In this document: one piece after another, positions 1 to 8,872 of the stretch
Layout: each line of letters opens with the position of its first letter
Numbering within the stretch: the first letter of the stretch is position 1
Assembly: GCA_025454955.1 (NCBI GenBank)
Contig: JALONL010000019.1
Location: 46,570 to 110,569, forward strand
Source of the DNA: Bacteroidia bacterium
GTDB lineage: Bacteria; Bacteroidota; Bacteroidia; Palsa-965
Reading direction: 5' to 3'
DNA: 64,000 nucleotides
Notes under the pieces: generated by a model
Told to the model about the DNA's origin: nothing
Seen by the model: the letters and a program-made list of their open reading frames with translations, nothing else
Databases searched by the model: none
Made by a program: the position numbers and the translations under genes

Positions 1-641
1 GCCACAAATCGTATCGGAGTGGCGGCATCTCTTAGCGGAGATTCTTTTTTGACGGAAAAAGTGTCTGTATCAATTGAATTGGGAACTTTAAAAATGTTAT
101 TATTTGAAGTGTGTCGCTCAATGTTTCGTTTTAAGTAATCAGATACTACAGTAAGTGCACTCGCTTTACTATACGCTTTTCTGGCGTAACCCGCTGATAA
201 GTTTTTCGACATGAATTTGTCAATTTTCGACCAGTGCTCGGTAATAACATGAGGTAATTTTAGCTTTTGCGAAATTGAATGCCCGATAATTCCGGCAGGG
301 GCTATAATTGATGAATGGATAATGGTAGGTTTGAACCAGGCAGTTTTTTTGATTATTATTCGTCTGTACACCAATCTCATCAATGGCATAAGCGAATAGA
401 TGACTTTATGGAAACGGGAGCTGATGGTAAGTGTTAATACCTCAAGATCAGATTCATCTTTTGAATAATTCCAGTTCGAAGACAAAATGGTTTTTTCATT
501 TTCAACGTGAATATGTACAACCAGTATATCCTGAACCTGTTTCTTTATTGCATGTGCATGATTTCGCACAAAAATCCCTGATCCCTGATTTTTATCGCTG
601 GGATACCAGCAGGTCAGGAATAGTACTCTGGCTTCAGGCAT
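1..641 (-). CDS. Glycosyltransferase family 4, N-terminal ~213 aa (gene runs off the left edge of the window)
   Basis: My own minus-strand translation from the ATG at 639-641: MPEARVLFLTCWYPSDKNQGSGIFVRNHAHAI...PTIIHSSIIAPAGIIGHSISQKLKLPHVITEHW...ALTVVSDYLKRNIERHTS..NIFKVPNSIDTDTF. This is the typical GT4 N-domain pattern (hhHxH...P.Gll....lp.vvTeHg...). The frame stays open to position 1. It is missing from the ORF track because it has no stop codon within the window. The ATG overlaps the stop of the upstream methyltransferase by 8 nt (ATGCCTGA). Confidence 0.7.
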   Translation of the reverse strand, partial: MPEARVLFLTCWYPSDKNQGSGIFVRNHAHAIKKQVQDILVVHIHVENEKTILSSNWNYSKDESDLEVLTLTISSRFHKVIYSLMPLMRLVYRRIIIKKTAWFKPTIIHSSIIAPAGIIGHSISQKLKLPHVITEHWSKIDKFMSKNLSAGYARKAYSKASALTVVSDYLKRNIERHTSNNNIFKVPNSIDTDTFSVKKESPLRDAATPIRFV

Positions 642-1371
642 TTGATAAATTTAGCTTTCTAATTTCATCTACCGACCAAACCAGCAATGATTTATCCTTG
701 AAAGGAAGTACCTCTTCAGGTAAATACGAATCTGTAAATTCAGGAATGATTTCAATTGGTTTGGGAAAGAAGAACGGCGCAATCTGAAGGTTCAATTTCC
801 GCCAGTGACCGGTAACAATTTTTTCATTATGTAATGCATCAACGAAACTTGTAGTTACCAGATACTTGATATTCGAATTACAAATATTGGCGATTGCCGT
901 GAATACATCTTTTTCTGAAAAATGAACTAAACAGTCTCTGCAAAACAAAACATCCGCATCCGGCAATTTATCAGAAAGTATATTTAGCTTGATAAATTTA
1001 TGAGTATCTGAACCAAACTGCTCAGTGTTTTTTTTGATGATATCGTTTACAATATCGCCGCCAATATATTGACATCCCTTGAAATTGATTTTCTTCATCC
1101 AGTAAAAATCACCACAAGGCGCATCCACAAATACTTTTGGCTCATAGCGTGCTATCAGCTTTTCAACAATGGCGATAAGGTTTTTTGTTTCTGAGTCGCC
1201 TGAACCAAGGCCCGAAACAGATTCTTTCCCCTTCCAGTAATTTTCCTCTGCTATTGTAGTAAATATTTCTTCGTGAGATTTACCTTTCCATCTTATTTGC
1301 CGCTTAAATTTCACATAGCGATTAAGAATTGATTGGGGAATCAATTTGGTAAGAGTGCTTTTTATATTCAT
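634..1371 (-). CDS. Class I SAM-dependent methyltransferase
   Basis: Motif I-like VFVDAPCGDFYW, an acidic post-I GGDI, and a motif II-like DADVLFCRDCLVH. The protein is 245 aa. The gene is AT-rich and sits in the polysaccharide cassette. Confidence 0.65.
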   Translation of the reverse strand: MNIKSTLTKLIPQSILNRYVKFKRQIRWKGKSHEEIFTTIAEENYWKGKESVSGLGSGDSETKNLIAIVEKLIARYEPKVFVDAPCGDFYWMKKINFKGCQYIGGDIVNDIIKKNTEQFGSDTHKFIKLNILSDKLPDADVLFCRDCLVHFSEKDVFTAIANICNSNIKYLVTTSFVDALHNEKIVTGHWRKLNLQIAPFFFPKPIEIIPEFTDSYLPEEVLPFKDKSLLVWSVDEIRKLNLSNA

Positions 1372-1519
1372 CAGCGAAGTTTTGGGTAAAAATATGAATA
1401 AATACCATTTGGGAAGGGCTAAGTATCCGGGTTTTCAAGATCGATACGGATCCAATATTTTTGTATCTGTAGTTTTTTGTACTTTTACAAATAACTAATT
1501 CTACAGTTTTATCGCAATT

Positions 1520-2449
1520 ATGAATTATCAAATTCGCAGAATCAGTGTATCTGACAGGGATAATTTAATTAAATTGTTCATTAATTCATTTAATTGGAAG
1601 CCTTCACCGGATTATATTAACAGAAAGTATGATACAGCCTTATTAGGCCCTGTTAATACTGGCTTCATAGCATATTCTGATGAAGGGAATCCGGCTGCTT
1701 ATTATGGTGTATTTGCGGTTAAGTTAAATATTGATGGTAATATAATTCAAGCCGCTCAATCGGGAGATACAGTAACGCATACTGAACACAGAGGCAAGGG
1801 ATTGTTTATTGAATTGGCAAAGCATACTTATGCGCTGTGTAAACAAGAAGGCATTGATATTGTCTTTGGCTTCCCAAATAAAAATTCATACCCTGGATTT
1901 ATCAAGAAGCTTAATTGGATACACATTCATGATATTGATGTCTTTTCTATCAAGGTACAAACTTTACCAATAGCCAAATTGGTTAAGAAGTTTCCTTTTT
2001 TTCAAAATTTTTACCTCAACATCATAAAGCTTTTTTTATCAAAAAAAACATTTTATCCTGATTCCTTTAGTTCAGTAATTAATCAAGGTTTATCGGGTGT
2101 CTGTCGTGATGAAAAATATTTGAAATATAGAGAATCTAAGGACAAATTTTTCTTAAATAAATATGCTAAAAGCTGGGTGAAATTCGATGGAGCACTTATT
2201 ATTGGAGATATATTAAATGAAAATACAAAGTCGTTGGAAAGTCATATAAAGTGGTTAAAACGGGTTGCCTTTTTTACAGGATGCAATAAAATTATGTTTT
2301 GTTCGAGCCCGGGTACAATTTTACATAATCAGTTTTCGAAGTATGCCAAAGTAATTAATCAAATGCCTGCCGGCATTATGCCTGTATCTGATGATGTGAA
2401 TGTAACAGATAAAATATTCTTCACTTCTGCCGATTTCGATAATTATTAA
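1520..2449 (+). CDS. GNAT family N-acetyltransferase
   Basis: The ATG at 1520 is followed by an acetyl-CoA binding motif A (QSGDTVTHTEHRGKGLF). There is a C-terminal extension after the GNAT fold. Confidence 0.6.
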   Translation: MNYQIRRISVSDRDNLIKLFINSFNWKPSPDYINRKYDTALLGPVNTGFIAYSDEGNPAAYYGVFAVKLNIDGNIIQAAQSGDTVTHTEHRGKGLFIELAKHTYALCKQEGIDIVFGFPNKNSYPGFIKKLNWIHIHDIDVFSIKVQTLPIAKLVKKFPFFQNFYLNIIKLFLSKKTFYPDSFSSVINQGLSGVCRDEKYLKYRESKDKFFLNKYAKSWVKFDGALIIGDILNENTKSLESHIKWLKRVAFFTGCNKIMFCSSPGTILHNQFSKYAKVINQMPAGIMPVSDDVNVTDKIFFTSADFDNY

Positions 2450-2453
2450 TTGG

Positions 2454-3455
2454 TCAAAATGATTTTTTTCCAGATTGAATAATCATATTTATAAAATTCA
2501 CTTCTGCGTTGGTGGTGTTACTTATTCCTATGCGTTGAAATAAATTACTATGCATAGCTTCCCCGTTATTCTTAAATGTAACTGCAAAAAAGAAATTATA
2601 CCCAAGAGCTTTGCCTGTTTTAATAGTATTTGAATTATATTCACCATAAGGAAAAGCAATCATATCACAACGCCTGGAAGTTAATTTATTAATGCTTTCA
2701 ATTGGCCTTCCCAATTCTTCTGAAAGTTGAGATTCGTTTAAATCTATATTTAGATTAATATGAGAATGCGTGTGCGACTGAAATGAGAAAATTGACTTGG
2801 AGATATGCTTTTTGAGGGTTTCTTCATTTACCAATACAGCCCTTTTAGAATAAATCGAATCCGATCTGTAAAATTCAATATCAAACTGTTTTTGCAGTTG
2901 CTGGTCAATTTGCGCCATTCGGTCAGAGTTTCTGATAATATAGTCGTAAATTAACTCGTTGTTTTCAGATAATCTATAGTTGTTTTTACGATAAAACGAT
3001 TTGTTATCAATGATTATCTCGGGAGGATTCTCATTGTCAATTATGCAGTCTATGAAATCAATGGGTAAAATTGTGCGATCAGTAGTAAGTGATTTGGTTA
3101 TGATAAAAAACGTGGCAGGAATAGAGATATTTTCTAATATAGGAATTGCTTCATTGAAGTTGTTTAAATAACCATCGTCAAAGGTTATTGCAATTTGTGG
3201 TTTATTGCTATGACTTTCTTTTACTATCTTTTCTAAAGAAACTATCTCAAAATGTTTATTTAACAGAGATAATATTTTTTTAAATTCTTTGGTGCTGATA
3301 TTTCGGACACTGTTTCCCGGATCTTCCGTCACTCCATGAAACATGATAATGATTCTCTTTCCTTTCCCGGGTAAAAAGAACTTATATATTCCGCTTCGGA
3401 TAATTGCCGGAGCAATTACAGATCTTTTGAGCTTATTATATAGATTCTTAATCAT
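2454..3455 (-). CDS. Polysaccharide deacetylase (NodB homology domain) family protein
   Basis: NodB motif 1 is ITFDDGY and the His motif is HTHSH. The layout is typical of a carbohydrate esterase family 4 enzyme. Confidence 0.75.
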   Translation of the reverse strand: MIKNLYNKLKRSVIAPAIIRSGIYKFFLPGKGKRIIIMFHGVTEDPGNSVRNISTKEFKKILSLLNKHFEIVSLEKIVKESHSNKPQIAITFDDGYLNNFNEAIPILENISIPATFFIITKSLTTDRTILPIDFIDCIIDNENPPEIIIDNKSFYRKNNYRLSENNELIYDYIIRNSDRMAQIDQQLQKQFDIEFYRSDSIYSKRAVLVNEETLKKHISKSIFSFQSHTHSHINLNIDLNESQLSEELGRPIESINKLTSRRCDMIAFPYGEYNSNTIKTGKALGYNFFFAVTFKNNGEAMHSNLFQRIGISNTTNAEVNFINMIIQSGKKSF

Positions 3456-4927
3456 CTAATTTTTTTTAGAAATTTGATTAGTTGATTCGTCTCTGAAACT
3501 GGATTAATATACAAAATTCCGATTCCAAATATGATCAAATACACCAACGCCTTTACGATAATTGATATTATTATGTTGGCCGATTCAAGCGGAAGCAGCT
3601 CACAGCCCAATATTGATAGTATTGATAATAGTAATAATTTAATACTATTCAGATTAAATGGTTGCATTTTGTATCTATATAATATATATATAAATTTCAT
3701 GAGATTAAATATGATTATTGAAACTGCTGTCGCTATGGCTGCACCATTAATTCCCCAAAATGGAATAAGAAACCAGTTTAATACTATAGAGCAAACTAAA
3801 AGAAAAAATAAGAAAAGTGTTCCAACAATATATTTATTTGACATTGCTATTAATGATCCATTCATCCCTGTTGAAAGATTAACTAATGATGCAATGGCTA
3901 AAACCTGCAGGGGGAACAGCCCGACTTTATACTCTTCCGGTAAAAAGAAAAATATATTTTCTCTTTGTGTCCATAAAAGTCCAAAAATAAGTAGTCCAAT
4001 AGGTACAAGATACTTAACAGAGTTGAAATAGATTTTTTTTACAATATCTAAATCATTCTTCTCCCAGGCATCTGCCATTTTAGCATTTGAGATTCTCTCC
4101 ATACTGTTGAATGGTGCCTCCAAAATTGATATCATATATACACAAACGCTATAGATACCCACATAGCTCAGGTCTAAATAGTGGCCAATAATGAGTTGGT
4201 CAATCAGCTTTATTCCAAGCGAAGCTACTGCGGTAACTATCATTATTGTTCCATAAGTAAGCATTTTTTTCCAGTTTAAATTTCGATATGTCTGCCACTC
4301 GATTTTAAAACTTATAGCTTTTTTTATGGAGAGAAAATATAATAGTATTAGTAATTGAAGACAATAGATTCCAATAAATGAGTATATTAAAGTGTCAATC
4401 AGGATAATGTCATAATGATACAATATAACAATAGCAATATTTCCAAGTCTGATAAATACTTCGCTTAATAAGAAGGTGATACTTGAATAATATAATGATG
4501 ATGAGTAAATTGAGTAGATTGCTATTAATGACAGGATAAAAGCAAATAGTGAAACTAAGTCAATGTAATTAATGAATTTTGCCGATTTGTTTATGTAGAA
4601 TTCTATTAATGTACTTCGACTCATTAATAGAAGACCTCCAAAAATTATAAAACCAGCAATGCTAAACAAAAGCATCATTGTAAAGTGCCCATTATGTCGA
4701 TTTTCTTCATTTTTAAACTTTGGAAAAAATCGCATTGTAATGCTGCCAATGCCCAATGGCATAAGCATTGCTATTATTGAACTTGCTGATAACAGTAATC
4801 TTAAAACACCTATTTCATCGCTTTGTAAGAAATTTGGTTGAATGATAATAATGTTAACAAAACCAATAACCAGACCGATATATGAGTAAATGAATGAGTA
4901 GATACTTTGTTTTTTTATATGCCCCAT
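3452..4927 (-). CDS. Wzx-like oligosaccharide flippase (MOP superfamily polysaccharide biosynthesis protein)
   Basis: The protein is about 490 aa and hydrophobic throughout, with roughly 12 predicted TM segments. The N-terminus has the usual Wzx pattern. I chose the internal ATG (MGHIKK...) at 4927 as the start. It overlaps the upstream stop codon as TAATG. Confidence 0.75.
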   Translation of the reverse strand: MGHIKKQSIYSFIYSYIGLVIGFVNIIIIQPNFLQSDEIGVLRLLLSASSIIAMLMPLGIGSITMRFFPKFKNEENRHNGHFTMMLLFSIAGFIIFGGLLLMSRSTLIEFYINKSAKFINYIDLVSLFAFILSLIAIYSIYSSSLYYSSITFLLSEVFIRLGNIAIVILYHYDIILIDTLIYSFIGIYCLQLLILLYFLSIKKAISFKIEWQTYRNLNWKKMLTYGTIMIVTAVASLGIKLIDQLIIGHYLDLSYVGIYSVCVYMISILEAPFNSMERISNAKMADAWEKNDLDIVKKIYFNSVKYLVPIGLLIFGLLWTQRENIFFFLPEEYKVGLFPLQVLAIASLVNLSTGMNGSLIAMSNKYIVGTLFLFFLLVCSIVLNWFLIPFWGINGAAIATAVSIIIFNLMKFIYILYRYKMQPFNLNSIKLLLLSILSILGCELLPLESANIIISIIVKALVYLIIFGIGILYINPVSETNQLIKFLKKIR

Positions 4928-7224
4928 TACCGGATTACATTTACATGTCTGATTATTGATTTTCCTGTTAAGAGTTTTATTTGACAAACGTAAGTCCCAT
5001 TCTCAACAATTTTTCCTGCATATCTTCCATCCCAACATTCGTATTTAATATTATTGGTACTGAAAATAAGTTCCCCCCATCTGTTATATATTTCAAACGT
5101 GCCGGTTAAACATTCAGAATCAGAATAAATACAAAAAAGATCATTCAAGCCATCGTTATTGGGAGTAAACGAATTAGGGATGTAAAATGGCGGACTATTT
5201 CCATCATAATCAATATTAATTGTATAGGAACTGGTATCTGCACAACTTGAATTATAGCCATTAATAAATGTTACCTGATATGAACCCGGTTGTGAATAGA
5301 CATGAGTTGGTGTATTTGCATAACTCAAATTGCCATCTCCAAAGTCCCATAGAGGGTTAATAATAGAAGATGAATCGGGAATAAACAGAATCAGACCGGT
5401 ACAGTTATCCTGGGCTAATTGAAATTCTGACGAGACATCGCTTATCGAGTATATTACTGAATTTGCTGTATCAGCAGAGCATACCGAGTTGGCGATTACA
5501 GAGATTAAAGTTGAATCAGAGACATTACTAATTAATATTGTAGAGTCATTTATATTTTGGTAAGGAGAGGTCAAACTCCATTGATAATTAGCAAAGCCAC
5601 CCGTTGCTGTAAGGATTGTACTGTCACTTTCACAAAGGTGTGTAACTCCATTAACTGAAAGAGACATGGCCGGAAAAACATCAATCATTATATAGGCAGT
5701 GTCTGAACTACAAATAGAGTTACCCACAACTGTATAAAGTGTACTTGCTGAAGGTGAAAGAACCGCCATATCTCCATTTGCACTTTGTGAAACTGGCGGT
5801 GTTAACCAGGTATAGGTATCCATCCCGGTAAGGTTAATTGTTGTATAAGTCCCGGGACAAATTGTATCTGGCTGATTATATTGTATTTGATTTGTCCCGG
5901 TCAATATGACTGATATATTTATCGTATCGCTGTATGTGCCACATGTATTGGAAATGGTAAGCCAATATGTTCCTGCTGAATTGATTGATACTGATGGTTG
6001 ACCGGGCAGGTTGTTGGACCAATTGTATGTGCTGTTGCATACAGATGGTCCGCTTATCTGAACTGGTGTATTACAAATAATGCTTGTATCGTTTCCAAGA
6101 GAAAATGAAAATAACGTCTCTTCATCAATCAGGTAAGGAACAAAATTAATTAAACCCAGTTGGGAGGTTGTACCTGAAGGCAGAGATACTCCGGGACTTG
6201 AATACATTGCCCCCGGACCTACTATATTGGGAGAGTTAATTACATCTATGAATGCTTGATTTGTTCTGGCCATGTATATCTTGCCATCGGGCCCAAGTTG
6301 TAATCCTCCAAAGCTATAGTTGCCCGGTGTAGTGGCTAATTGCGTGATTTGACCTGAAACCAGGTCATATTGAATAAGTTTACTGGTTATCCAAAATGTT
6401 GAAAGATATAGTATCTGGTCATTGGGAGAAAACTCGATGCCATAATACCAATCAGAAGATAGAACGGGTATAAGATCAATGAAGTTGGTTATTTGTCCAT
6501 TAGCAGTATTTATATCAAACATCTCTAACAGAGAACAGAACGAATTTGCGACAACCAGCTTATTCGTTGTTTTCGACGCTTTCATATAACCAATCAGGCA
6601 ATTAGAAGCGTGAAACGAGCCAATGTTGGAAATAACCGGAGCCGCAACTCCCGTGGCTGTTACCAGATATGAATGAAATGCTGTAGAGTTTAATTGATGA
6701 GTTATTACCCAAATGTCGATGCCGTTTGCATGTTTTACTGCCGTCATCTTTTCAGAACAAGATTGAGTAAGCAGAACATTCTTTGATGATGGTATAACGT
6801 CGCCTAATCCATTATTTAAGCATAAATCAACTTCGGTATAGTATAAATCGTTTGCAACCTGATGATCGCCGGAGTGAAATATATAATATCTGTTACAATT
6901 ACCGGGTTTCGGTACAATAAGACACTGGGTGGTAGAGTTTCCGGCTATTAACCCGCTGCCATTAGGCATTACATTGTTATTTCGATCCCAAACATCAACC
7001 CCGTTTGTATAGAATAATAAACTGCCCTGATTATCACAAATAGTTGCGGCAGGTTCAAATGTATTCATAGGGCCGGCAGGTAATGTTGATACAGGACTTG
7101 AGTTAAAATCCAGACCTGCTCCGTTACCAAATCGCCAGATATTTGTTAGTTGACCAAATGCCGGGTTGGTAAAAAGCACAAGGCAAAAAACGAAATATAA
7201 TGTTTTCATATTTCTATTTAGCAA
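4927..7224 (-). CDS. Secreted T9SS cargo protein with an N-terminal beta-propeller-like region, PKD domain(s) and a type B C-terminal sorting domain
   Basis: Signal peptide is MKTLYFVFCLVLFTNPAFGQ. A PKD signature is present (WDFGDGN...THVY..PGSYQVTF). The C-terminus is PNSFTPNNDGLNDLF...IYNRWGELIF...WDGRYAGK...GTYVCQIK...IR, which matches the 'gliding motility-associated C-terminal domain' (type B CTD) pattern. Codon usage is AT-rich. Confidence 0.8.
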   Translation of the reverse strand: MLNRNMKTLYFVFCLVLFTNPAFGQLTNIWRFGNGAGLDFNSSPVSTLPAGPMNTFEPAATICDNQGSLLFYTNGVDVWDRNNNVMPNGSGLIAGNSTTQCLIVPKPGNCNRYYIFHSGDHQVANDLYYTEVDLCLNNGLGDVIPSSKNVLLTQSCSEKMTAVKHANGIDIWVITHQLNSTAFHSYLVTATGVAAPVISNIGSFHASNCLIGYMKASKTTNKLVVANSFCSLLEMFDINTANGQITNFIDLIPVLSSDWYYGIEFSPNDQILYLSTFWITSKLIQYDLVSGQITQLATTPGNYSFGGLQLGPDGKIYMARTNQAFIDVINSPNIVGPGAMYSSPGVSLPSGTTSQLGLINFVPYLIDEETLFSFSLGNDTSIICNTPVQISGPSVCNSTYNWSNNLPGQPSVSINSAGTYWLTISNTCGTYSDTINISVILTGTNQIQYNQPDTICPGTYTTINLTGMDTYTWLTPPVSQSANGDMAVLSPSASTLYTVVGNSICSSDTAYIMIDVFPAMSLSVNGVTHLCESDSTILTATGGFANYQWSLTSPYQNINDSTILISNVSDSTLISVIANSVCSADTANSVIYSISDVSSEFQLAQDNCTGLILFIPDSSSIINPLWDFGDGNLSYANTPTHVYSQPGSYQVTFINGYNSSCADTSSYTINIDYDGNSPPFYIPNSFTPNNDGLNDLFCIYSDSECLTGTFEIYNRWGELIFSTNNIKYECWDGRYAGKIVENGTYVCQIKLLTGKSIIRHVNVIR

Positions 7225-7493
7225 AATTAGTGAATTGCGGGTTGTCAGACAATTATTTAGGGTTGTTTATACTCATTAATTCCTGATTTAGACTTATTTG
7301 TAAAATAGTCAATCAGCTTAAAAGTATTGTGAGGATATTGTTCATTATTGAAAATTCGCGTTTATGTCAGGTGTTTAACAATAACACAACCACGAGTTTG
7401 ATTCAGAAAGGTGAGAAAACGGGCAGAGCATTTGATGAGGTTAGTTAAGTCCTCAAAATTACAAAATTCTCCAATTCTTTTACCTTTGCCCTC

Positions 7494-8819
7494 GTGTCTA
7501 TACCCCCGAAAAAAGTACTCGTAATTACCTACTACTGGCCCCCCGCCGGTGGTGCCGGTGTACAACGCTGGCTGAAGTTTGTAAAGTACTTCCGCGATTT
7601 TGGCTGGGAACCTATAGTATATACGCCCGAAAACCCCGAAATGCCCGCCCGCGACGAATCGCTGCTGGCCGATGTGCCTGCGGGTATTCAGATGCTTAAA
7701 ACGCCCATCTGGGAGCCTTACGATGCCTACAAAAAATGGGTGGGCCGCAAAAAAGAAGAGGGCATAGGCGCTGGTTTTGTTTCCGACAAAAAGCAGCCCG
7801 GTAAGGCCGAAAGCCTTGCCGTGTGGGTGAGAGGCAATTTCTTTATTCCCGATGCGCGCCGGTTCTGGATCAGGCCTTCGGTGAAATTTCTTGCACATTG
7901 GCTCAGTCAGAATAAAGTGGATGCCATAGTTTCTACCGGACCGCCACACAGTATGCACCTCATTGCGCTCGGACTGAAAAAGAAAATGCCGCACCTGAAA
8001 TGGGTGGCCGATTTCCGTGACCCCTGGACCAATATTGATTTCTACGAAGAACTCAAACTCTCGTCGTGGGCCGATGCCAAACATCGCCGCCTCGAACGTA
8101 AAGTGCTCCAAACAGCCAATGCGGTGGTGAGTGTGGGCAAAACCATGAGCGATGAGTTTGGCGAAATTCTCGCGCAGGCAAATTCCTCAAACCGCCTCGA
8201 AGTAATTCCAAACGGCTACGACCCCGATGCGGTTGATGAAGCAGCATGTACGCCCGATGCAAAGTTTTCCATAGCTCACATCGGCACACTCAACCGCTCG
8301 CGCAATCCGCACGAACTCTGGAATGTGCTTTCGGCACTGGTAAAAGAAAATGCAGCCTTTGCCGCCGACCTCGAAATAAAACTCGTGGGCAAGGTTGATT
8401 TTCAGGTAATGGAAGCCATTGAGCAGGCGGGCCTCGCAAAATATCTTCGCAAAATTGATTACGTGCCGCTCAGCGAAGTGGGACGCGTACAGAAAGAAAG
8501 CCGTGTATTACTGCTGCTCATTAACCGCACCAAAAACGCCAAAGGAATTATCACCGGAAAATTTTTCGAATACATGGCTGCCGGAAACCCCGTGCTTGCC
8601 ATTGGCCCCGAAGATGGCGATGCCGCAGCCATTATGGCCGAAACACAATGCGGTTTTATCTCCGGCTTCGACCAAACCGAAAACCTTACGCAGTATATTC
8701 TTCAGCTTTATCAGCAATACAAATCGGGATACACACCACACGAAATTTCGCCATTGGTGAAGCAGTACTCCCGCCGCGAACTCACCGGGAAAATGGCACG
8801 GCTGCTTGAATCTCTGTAA
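7494..8819 (+). CDS. Glycosyltransferase family 4
   Basis: N-terminus VLVITYYWPPAGGAGVQR is the GT4 pattern (LhIt.yyPP..GG...). The C-terminus has the E-x7-E-like region (GKFFEYMAAGNPVLA). The start codon is GTG (no in-frame ATG nearby). GC content matches the core genome. Confidence 0.8.
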   Translation: MSIPPKKVLVITYYWPPAGGAGVQRWLKFVKYFRDFGWEPIVYTPENPEMPARDESLLADVPAGIQMLKTPIWEPYDAYKKWVGRKKEEGIGAGFVSDKKQPGKAESLAVWVRGNFFIPDARRFWIRPSVKFLAHWLSQNKVDAIVSTGPPHSMHLIALGLKKKMPHLKWVADFRDPWTNIDFYEELKLSSWADAKHRRLERKVLQTANAVVSVGKTMSDEFGEILAQANSSNRLEVIPNGYDPDAVDEAACTPDAKFSIAHIGTLNRSRNPHELWNVLSALVKENAAFAADLEIKLVGKVDFQVMEAIEQAGLAKYLRKIDYVPLSEVGRVQKESRVLLLLINRTKNAKGIITGKFFEYMAAGNPVLAIGPEDGDAAAIMAETQCGFISGFDQTENLTQYILQLYQQYKSGYTPHEISPLVKQYSRRELTGKMARLLESL

Positions 8820-8824
8820 TAGAA

Positions 8825-8862
8825 AAGAGACCATTGTTTTTGAAGCAATGGTCTCTTTTTTT
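8825..8862. terminator. Bidirectional rho-independent terminator between the convergent GT4 and M1 peptidase genes
   Basis: Hairpin aagagaccattg-tttttgaag-caatggtctctt, with an A-run on one side and a T-run on the other. Confidence 0.7.
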
Positions 8863-8872
8863 ACCGAAACTT

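Noticed and set aside
431-787. 118-aa plus-strand ORF
   Set aside because: It is fully overlapped by the minus-strand GT4 and methyltransferase genes, which have clear family motifs. No motifs of its own.
7481-7496. TACCTTTG -7 box directly abutting the GTG start of the GT4 gene (leaderless transcript?)
   Set aside because: There is no matching -33 TTTG at the right spacing. A leaderless mRNA starting at GTG is unlikely. Probably a chance match.
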